A DNA stretch of 64,000 nucleotides from Sedimentisphaerales bacterium. Its GTDB lineage: Bacteria > Planctomycetota > Phycisphaerae > Sedimentisphaerales > SM23-30. Positions 57,580 through 64,000 of the stretch are shown one piece after another. The stretch covers positions 64,001-128,000 of the forward strand of contig CAXXMR010000012.1 of the NCBI GenBank assembly GCA_963663805.2, written 5' to 3'. Position 1 is the stretch's first letter; every line of letters begins with the position of its first letter. The position numbers and the translations under genes are program-made. The notes under the pieces were generated by a model. The model searched no databases, was not told the DNA's origin, and was given only the letters and a program-made list of their open reading frames with translations.

Positions 57580-58393
57580 CAGTCTAACCGCCGGACTCGC
57601 CCAACTGCCCGACCGTCAACCCGCTATCCAACGCGCCATTCTGAAACACACCCACCCCAACGGTGCCTTCACCGGCCGTTCCCCCGACAGCGACCTCTAC
57701 TACACCATGTTTGCAGCCGAAATCCTACACACCTGCAAAGAACCAACCTTCCAACCAAAACTCATCTCCTGGCTCTCGCCCAACCAACCCAATTACACCA
57801 ACCTCGTAGAGTTTGCCTCACTCATCCGCCTCTACGCCAACTTCCTGCCCAACCAGCTCAACCCTCAAACCCCAAACTTCCGCGACCAGCTCCAACAACT
57901 ATTCACACCCAACATATATTCCTGCTTCCTCACCCTCGGTATCTGCCAGGATCTAAAAATACCTGTCCCCAATATCGACACCATCAGTCAATGCATCCAA
58001 ACCCTCCGCCTGCCCGACGGCTCCTACATCAATAGCCCCAAAATCCCCCTCGGTGCCGCACCCGTAACAGCCGCCGCCCTACTCACAAAATATCACCTCA
58101 CCAAAACCATAGACACCCAAACCGCCCAATGGCTCAAAGAACAGTTCCTCTCCACCGGAGGATGCAAAACCGTATCACTCGCCCCCAAACCCGACCTGCT
58201 CGCCACCGCCGTCGCCCTCCACGCCCTAAAAGTCACCCAGACCAACCTCACCGACATCGCGCCCACCACCCGCGCCTTCGTCCTCGCCCTCCAGAACCCA
58301 GAAGGAACCTTCAACCCCCAAACCGGCCTGAACGAAACCGACCCCGAATACACCTATTACGGCCTCATGGCCCTGGGAGACCTCCAGCCATGA
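57554..58393 (+). CDS. Single alpha/alpha-barrel prenyltransferase/squalene oxidase repeat protein
   Basis: HPNGAF.GR..DSDLYYT, LPDGSY, PDLLATAVAL, QNPEGTF, DPEYTYYGL. Confidence 0.75.
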   Translation: MTLRTDMINSLTAGLAQLPDRQPAIQRAILKHTHPNGAFTGRSPDSDLYYTMFAAEILHTCKEPTFQPKLISWLSPNQPNYTNLVEFASLIRLYANFLPNQLNPQTPNFRDQLQQLFTPNIYSCFLTLGICQDLKIPVPNIDTISQCIQTLRLPDGSYINSPKIPLGAAPVTAAALLTKYHLTKTIDTQTAQWLKEQFLSTGGCKTVSLAPKPDLLATAVALHALKVTQTNLTDIAPTTRAFVLALQNPEGTFNPQTGLNETDPEYTYYGLMALGDLQP

Positions 58394-60198
58394 CCGACAT
58401 CGCAACCCTCAACCAACGCTGCCAGACCGCCCTGCTCAATCAGCTAAACCCGCAAGGACACTGGACCGGATACCTCAGCTCCAGCCCACTCGCTACCGCC
58501 CTGGCTATCTACACCCTCAACCTCATCGACTCTGAAACCCACGCCCCACTCATCAAACCAGGCCTCAACTGGCTCATCCATAACAGCAATCCCGACTCAT
58601 CCTGGGGAGACACCACCGACAGCCCTGGCAACCTCAGCACCACCCTGATAACCCTCGCCGCCCTAAACACCATCGCCCCGCACGAACACGCAGCCACCAT
58701 CAAAAACACCCAACGCTGGCTCGCCACCCAAACCAAAAGTGAATCACCCCAGTCCCTCATCACCGCCGTCCACCAGAAATATAAAGACGACCACACCTTC
58801 GCCTCACCCATCCTCTCGGTCTGCGCCCTCGCCGGTCTGCTCGGCCCCACCAGACCTGCCTTCGCTCAAATCAAACCACTCCCCTTCGAAATCGCCCTGC
58901 TGCCCCACGCATTCTACAAAATCATCAAACTACCCGTCGTCAGCTACGCCCTGCCCGCCCTCATAGCACTCGGCCAACTACAGTTCCACCAACATAAACC
59001 CACCAACCCCATCACGCGTCTCATCCGCCACGCCGCCCGCCGCCGCACCCTCAAAAAACTCCAGACCATCCAGCCCAACCACGGCGGATTCCTCGAAGCC
59101 GTACCCCTAACCGCCTTTGTCGCCCTCAGCCTAACCACCGCAGGCCAATCCCAATCACCCATAACCCCAAAATGCCGTCTGTTCATCATCCAGTCCGCCC
59201 GCCCCGACGGCAGTTGGCCCATCGACACCAACCTTGCCACCTGGCTGACCACCCTCGCCATCAACGCCCTGACTCCCGCCGACCCCACCGCTACCTCACC
59301 TCTCACACTCAACCAGCGCCAAAACCTTCACAACTGGCTTATCGACCAGCAGTTCACCAACCCTCACCCCTACACCGCGGCACCGCCCGGAGGATGGTCC
59401 TGGACAAACCTGCCCGGCGCCGTACCTGACGCCGACGACACCGCCGGAGCACTGCTCGCCCTGGCCAACCTCGACATCACCACCAGCCAAACCCTCTCGG
59501 CCGTCGCCAATGGCATCACCTGGCTGCTAAATCTCCAAAACCCAGACGGCGGAATACCCACCTTCTGCCGCGGCTGGAACAAACTCGACTTCGACCGCAG
59601 CGCCCCTGACCTCACTGCCCACGCCCTTGCCGCCCTCAACCGCTGGCAAAACCAACTCAACCCCAATCTCAAATCCCGCATCCAGAAATTCACCACCCGC
59701 GCCCTGCAATACCTCCAAACCACCCAGGACTCTAACAATCTCTGGACCCCATTATGGTTCGGTAACGAACACCTCCCCCACCAGACCAACCCCGTCTTTG
59801 GCACCGCCCGCGTCATCTCCCACCTCTGCGACCCCCGCCTCAACCTAAATTTCCCACCCAAAAAAATCACCGACGCCCTCGAAACCATCCTCAAAGCCCA
59901 AAACCCCGACCACGGCTGGGGAAGACTCAACCCAAATCAGTCATCCATAGAAGAAACCGCCGCCGTCCTCGATGCCCTCGCTACCGCCCAGACCAACCCA
60001 AAACTCCAAAACCAACGACCCAACCTGAAACCCGCCCTAAAATCAGCCCTCGATTTCCTAACCCCCCTCCTGACCACCCCAACCAATCTAAACCCCGCAC
60101 CCATAGGACTATACTTCGCAAAACTTTGGTACCACGAAAAACTCTACCCTCTGATCTTCGCCGCCGCCGCCCTCAACAAACTGCATTCAACGATATAA
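58390..60198 (+). CDS. Squalene-hopene cyclase-like class II terpene cyclase
   Basis: QW-type repeats (QGHW, NPDSSW, RPDGSW, QNPDGG, QNPDHGW); catalytic PDADDTA; PLWFG; start 58390 overlaps the upstream stop. Confidence 0.88.
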   Translation: MTDIATLNQRCQTALLNQLNPQGHWTGYLSSSPLATALAIYTLNLIDSETHAPLIKPGLNWLIHNSNPDSSWGDTTDSPGNLSTTLITLAALNTIAPHEHAATIKNTQRWLATQTKSESPQSLITAVHQKYKDDHTFASPILSVCALAGLLGPTRPAFAQIKPLPFEIALLPHAFYKIIKLPVVSYALPALIALGQLQFHQHKPTNPITRLIRHAARRRTLKKLQTIQPNHGGFLEAVPLTAFVALSLTTAGQSQSPITPKCRLFIIQSARPDGSWPIDTNLATWLTTLAINALTPADPTATSPLTLNQRQNLHNWLIDQQFTNPHPYTAAPPGGWSWTNLPGAVPDADDTAGALLALANLDITTSQTLSAVANGITWLLNLQNPDGGIPTFCRGWNKLDFDRSAPDLTAHALAALNRWQNQLNPNLKSRIQKFTTRALQYLQTTQDSNNLWTPLWFGNEHLPHQTNPVFGTARVISHLCDPRLNLNFPPKKITDALETILKAQNPDHGWGRLNPNQSSIEETAAVLDALATAQTNPKLQNQRPNLKPALKSALDFLTPLLTTPTNLNPAPIGLYFAKLWYHEKLYPLIFAAAALNKLHSTI

Positions 60199-61869
60199 AT
60201 ACACCCGGTACGCCCCAGAATCACACCCCACTTCAAACTTCTCAAATCGCTGCCAATTATCCATTAACAGCATATCCATAGGCTCATTTGCGCCGGGCAA
60301 AGCGTCCCGCAAAAGCATTACCCCCAGAATCTCACCCGCCTCAAACTTTTCCATGGTCTCCGCCGCCGTAAAACCCATATTCCGCGCCAGCCGTCCCGAC
60401 GCATAATGAACAATAGATTCATTGGCACACAAAATCGGTTCCGGAACTTCACCATGCTCACCAAACCATTCCCCCATAACATAATAGGGCTCATAACCCA
60501 TCAGCATAGGCCCCCGCGACCCAACTATCCGATGCTCCAACATCCCGTAAATCCCCGCGTAACCCAAAAATATCAGCAGGTATACAACCGCGAAACTTTT
60601 AACTATAACCCCCAGCATCTTCCCACTACCCGCGACCAATCCAATAACCAACCCCACCAATGCCAAAACACTATAAATTGCCCCATAACGAATCATAACT
60701 TCCGGCGAAAGCAAACCACGCGGATTATCTGCCAGAGCAATAAAAATTGGAGCAGCCGCCATCAAAAGGGGTACTGAAACACATAGATATGTCAGAACTG
60801 GCCGCCGACCGACCCATTCTACTACCTTTTCCACACCAGCCAGCAAATAAATCAGCAACAGAGGCAGCAGAGGCATAAAAAAACGCACCCCCTGATCAAA
60901 CCAGACACTCATAAGCCCAATGTAACAAAGGAAATACCAGTGACAAAGAGAAGCACGCCGCCGAACAAGAACCCCAAACCCCAGCAGAAGAACACCCCAA
61001 ATCATTACAGCAAAGAAGGTAGCCTTGAATTCAACATTCATTGTTATTTGTGCCACACGCACAAATACAACATAAACCATTTCCTGCCATCTATTTAGAA
61101 CAATCGACGGTATGCTGCCCTCGCCCGTAACCGTCATCCAGTACTCAAAATAATCAACTTGCGGTGCCGCAAAATACAATTTCCACACCAGCCACGGCAT
61201 CGCCACCAACGGGGGTAATAATACCGCTTTCAATAAGAAGCTCACCCGTCCACCCTTGTCAGAAACTGCCCGACTAAAGCAATAGCAAATCCACGCCCCC
61301 GCTAGAACCAAACCAACCGAACGAGTCAGCCACGCCAAGGCACCAAGGACAACCCCGACCGCAATAGCCCGCACACCCTTGTTCTCCTCCAGCAGCACCA
61401 GTGACCAGACCGTCAGACACCCAAACAGCATATCCGAAAGTATGTACATACAATGTTGAAACACCGCTAGATTACCCAACACCAACAATAACACTATACG
61501 AGAACGTGACTTATCGATAAATCGCTCCGCGAGCTTACCAGCCCCGACCGCCAACAGACAAGCCAGAATCAACTGAATTATTTTCATCGAAAGAATGACA
61601 AAACTCTGTTCAGGCGAGATTCTAATGACAACAGAAATTACCATGGCCATAAAGGGCGGATAATAACCGCTTTCAAAACCGTTGAACTCCAGCCCCCTGC
61701 CATCAGCCAGCGACTGACCGGTCCCCAGATATTCACAACTGTCAGGCGTAGGCTTTAACCGCGTACTAAGCCCCAGGCAATATAACAGTACTGTTAGAGC
61801 GACTAACAGATGTAACAGTTTGGAATTTCTAAAGTTCAGCATTTTACTGATTTTTTTATCGACCGTCAT
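60187..61869 (-). CDS. Polytopic GT-C/ArnT-PMT-like glycosyltransferase
   Basis: TPDSCEY..G.SL..G.G, ILSDMLF, LTRSVG, RFFMPLLP; many TM helices. Confidence 0.65.
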   Translation of the reverse strand: MTVDKKISKMLNFRNSKLLHLLVALTVLLYCLGLSTRLKPTPDSCEYLGTGQSLADGRGLEFNGFESGYYPPFMAMVISVVIRISPEQSFVILSMKIIQLILACLLAVGAGKLAERFIDKSRSRIVLLLVLGNLAVFQHCMYILSDMLFGCLTVWSLVLLEENKGVRAIAVGVVLGALAWLTRSVGLVLAGAWICYCFSRAVSDKGGRVSFLLKAVLLPPLVAMPWLVWKLYFAAPQVDYFEYWMTVTGEGSIPSIVLNRWQEMVYVVFVRVAQITMNVEFKATFFAVMIWGVLLLGFGVLVRRRASLCHWYFLCYIGLMSVWFDQGVRFFMPLLPLLLIYLLAGVEKVVEWVGRRPVLTYLCVSVPLLMAAAPIFIALADNPRGLLSPEVMIRYGAIYSVLALVGLVIGLVAGSGKMLGVIVKSFAVVYLLIFLGYAGIYGMLEHRIVGSRGPMLMGYEPYYVMGEWFGEHGEVPEPILCANESIVHYASGRLARNMGFTAAETMEKFEAGEILGVMLLRDALPGANEPMDMLLMDNWQRFEKFEVGCDSGAYRVYLYR

Positions 61870-62003
61870 GCCATTCTTTCTGTAAAATACCTTACCAAAT
61901 CACACGCCAAACCTTAAACGCCCACCAATAAACAAGTTACACCAATCACCAACCACACCCTTCCAACCCCGCCAAAAAAACAACACCTCGCCCAAACTCA
62001 CCC

Positions 62004-62032
62004 TTGCTAATATCTTATTTTAAGACTAAAAT
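62004..62032 (+). promoter_or_regulatory. sigma70 promoter upstream of mreB
   Basis: TTGCTA-17 nt-TAAAAT. Confidence 0.5.
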
Positions 62033-62188
62033 CAGCGGGCACGTTGGTTTAGCAGGCCTGATAAGGCTGTTTCTTTGTTAAACGCTTACGATTGTATGCC
62101 GCCTGGAGGGGCGAAACGGCGTAAGTCGCACAACCCGCGGCTGTGACGACAGCAGAAAAACCCGGCCAGACAGTGAGGACCGTACATC

Positions 62189-63241
62189 GTGATACTTGAT
62201 AGCATTTTAGGATTATTTTCAGTTGATATGGGCATAGACCTGGGAACCTGCAACACCCTCGTCTGCGTCCGCGGGGACGGCATTGTACTGAATGAACCTT
62301 CGGTGGTAGCGGTCAAAAAAGGAACAAACCGAGTCCTCCAGAACGGAAATGCCGTCGGCACCGTCGCCAAGGAAATGCTCGGCAAAACGCCCGGTTCCAT
62401 CACCGCCATTCGCCCTCTCAAAGATGGAGTCATCAGCGACTTTGAAATCACCGAAGCCATGCTCAAATATTTCATCCAGAAGGTCCACGGTAGACGCGGA
62501 TTCCTCAGCCCCAGAGTCGTTATCGCAGTGCCCAGCGGCATCACAGCTGTGGAAAAGCGGGCCGTACTCGATTCCGCCGAACGAGCCGGAGCCCGAAAAG
62601 TCTATCTCGTCCAGGAACCAATGGCCGCCGGTATCGGAGCGGGACTGCCCATCACCGAACCAACCGCATCGATGATTGTGGACATCGGCGGCGGCACTAC
62701 CGAAGTTGCCATCATGAGTCTCGCCGACGTTTCCGTGCGCGAGTCTGTCAGAATGGCCGGCGACGACATGGACGAAGCCATCATCAACCACCTCAAGCGT
62801 ACCTACAACCTGCTCATCGGCGAAGCAAGAGCCGAAAAAATCAAAATCGAAGTCGGCTCCGCCGCCCCCCTGCCAGAAGAACTTACCATGGAAATCTCAG
62901 GCCGAGACACCATCTCAGGCCTGCCTCGAAAAATTGTTATTACCAGCGAAGAAATTCGCGAATCATTAAAAGAACCCATCTCCGCGATCATCGAAGCCGT
63001 AACCCGAACACTCGAAAGAGCCGAACCCGAACTCGCCGCCGACCTGATCGACAACGGAATCTGCCTCGCTGGCGGCGGGGCCCTGCTCAGAAAGCTCGAT
63101 ACCGTAATCAGTAACGCCACCGGCCTTAAAGTCTGGGTCGCCGACGACCCACTTTCATGCGTGGCAAGAGGAACCAGCGTGTATCTGGAAAACCTCGAAC
63201 TCTGGAAAGACACCATGGAATCCGACGATACCAACTTTTAA
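62189..63241 (+). CDS. mreB: Rod shape-determining protein MreB
   Basis: GIDLGTCNT, NEPSVVA, RPLKDGVISDF, EPMAAGIGAG, VDIGGGTTEVA, LAGGGALL. Confidence 0.97.
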   Translation: MILDSILGLFSVDMGIDLGTCNTLVCVRGDGIVLNEPSVVAVKKGTNRVLQNGNAVGTVAKEMLGKTPGSITAIRPLKDGVISDFEITEAMLKYFIQKVHGRRGFLSPRVVIAVPSGITAVEKRAVLDSAERAGARKVYLVQEPMAAGIGAGLPITEPTASMIVDIGGGTTEVAIMSLADVSVRESVRMAGDDMDEAIINHLKRTYNLLIGEARAEKIKIEVGSAAPLPEELTMEISGRDTISGLPRKIVITSEEIRESLKEPISAIIEAVTRTLERAEPELAADLIDNGICLAGGGALLRKLDTVISNATGLKVWVADDPLSCVARGTSVYLENLELWKDTMESDDTNF

Positions 63242-63304
63242 GTAACTCAAAAAACAACAGGGTTATCATCGTGGGCACAGCCCGCCTTCACAGAAAAAAC
63301 GTAT

Positions 63305-64000
63305 ATGAACGCATGGAGGCACACACACCGGACGGGGGGCAAGCGGAGATTCATCTGGCTTATGCTGCTGGCTGGACTCATGCTCCTGCTGCCCAAGGCA
63401 ATGACCGACAGAGCCGATAATTTCCTCGCCGCCGTAACTTCCCCTTTCAGCGGACCCACCCGAAATTTGTCTTTAGGAGTAGTCAGTACGGTCGAAGACA
63501 CAACTGCCCGCCGCAAAGTGCCCGCTAAAGACTATCGCCGACTGGTCGAATTGTACAATCAGCATGAAGCACTGCTAATCCAACGCACCGAAGAACTCCG
63601 CCAACAACGAAATTTCAACGCCCAACTTTCCGGGCTCGTACAAAATTTCGGACTGGGCCAGACACTGCTTATTGGTGCAAGAATTACGGGACAGTCAACC
63701 GCCGGCCAGAGACAACTGCTCACCCTGGACCGCGGCTCACTCGAATACGTGACACCCGGCCAAATCGCTCTGGCCTCGCTCGCTCCCAACCAACAAGACC
63801 AAACCGACCAGCCCATGGTGGTGGTAGGAAAAATCCAGCAGACAGGTCTCAGAACCTCACAATTACAGCTTTTGAACGACCCGGAATTCACCCTGCCCGT
63901 TACCATCGAACCAGCCTGGCAACGCGAAGACCGTTTTCAGGCACGCGGAGTACTGCGCGGCAGTGCCCTCGGCGAAATTACCGTTTCAATGGTCTCCATG
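63305..64000 (+). CDS. mreC: Rod shape-determining protein MreC (partial, runs off the window)
   Basis: Open frame from ATG 63305: TM helix, coiled coil, LTLDRGS, VVGKI, SQLQLLNDPEF; directly after mreB. Confidence 0.8.
   Translation, partial: MNAWRHTHRTGGKRRFIWLMLLAGLMLLLPKAMTDRADNFLAAVTSPFSGPTRNLSLGVVSTVEDTTARRKVPAKDYRRLVELYNQHEALLIQRTEELRQQRNFNAQLSGLVQNFGLGQTLLIGARITGQSTAGQRQLLTLDRGSLEYVTPGQIALASLAPNQQDQTDQPMVVVGKIQQTGLRTSQLQLLNDPEFTLPVTIEPAWQREDRFQARGVLRGSALGEITVSMVSM

Noticed and set aside
58129..58389. 87-aa N-terminal extension of the cyclase ORF
   Set aside because: Arg/Pro-rich shadow of the upstream gene; the real start is the ATGA overlap at 58390
42200..60000. Many 60-230 aa alternative-frame and antisense ORFs
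   Set aside because: Expected from the strong C/A bias depleting stop codons; no motifs or RBS support

Overview
This 64 kb window comes from an anaerobe-like Planctomycetota genome, probably Phycisphaerae/Sedimentisphaerales. That placement is inferred from a PEP-CTERM protein, a dockerin-like tail, many PQQ-like propellers and mreBC. Housekeeping content: a secretin, an AsmA-like protein, ispG, ribF, nrnA, hisD-hisC-hisB, tRNA-Leu(CAG), an ECF sigma/anti-sigma/PDZ trio, an LPS core/lipid A cluster, icd and mreBC. Two things stand out. (1) A ~23 kb, 17-gene, tightly coupled operon (36991-60198) joins four PQQ-like beta-propellers, a LolDE/MacB-type ABC transporter, a NapGH-like Fe-S module and an electron-bifurcating-type NuoEF/GltD-like complex to a terpenoid module. 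That module has a radical SAM enzyme resembling archaeal GDGT ring synthase, a DUF116-polyprenyl synthase, a prenyltransferase-beta-like barrel and a DxDD class II terpene cyclase. No squalene synthesis genes are present in the window. (2) A deleted IS110/IS1111 element (~9567-10313) keeps an apparently intact ~165-nt bridge/seekRNA whose guide loops visibly match its own insertion site and its right end. Also seen: a candidate ~104-nt sRNA or attenuator, an unannotated sigma54-driven 30-aa ORF, a heme-c-bearing cytochrome bd-like pair, dispersed repeats and a strong G/T to C/A strand-composition switch. Several single-base frameshifts (hisC, PDZ gene, HAF-repeat gene) may be sequencing errors. 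All family assignments come from motif recognition, not from database searches.
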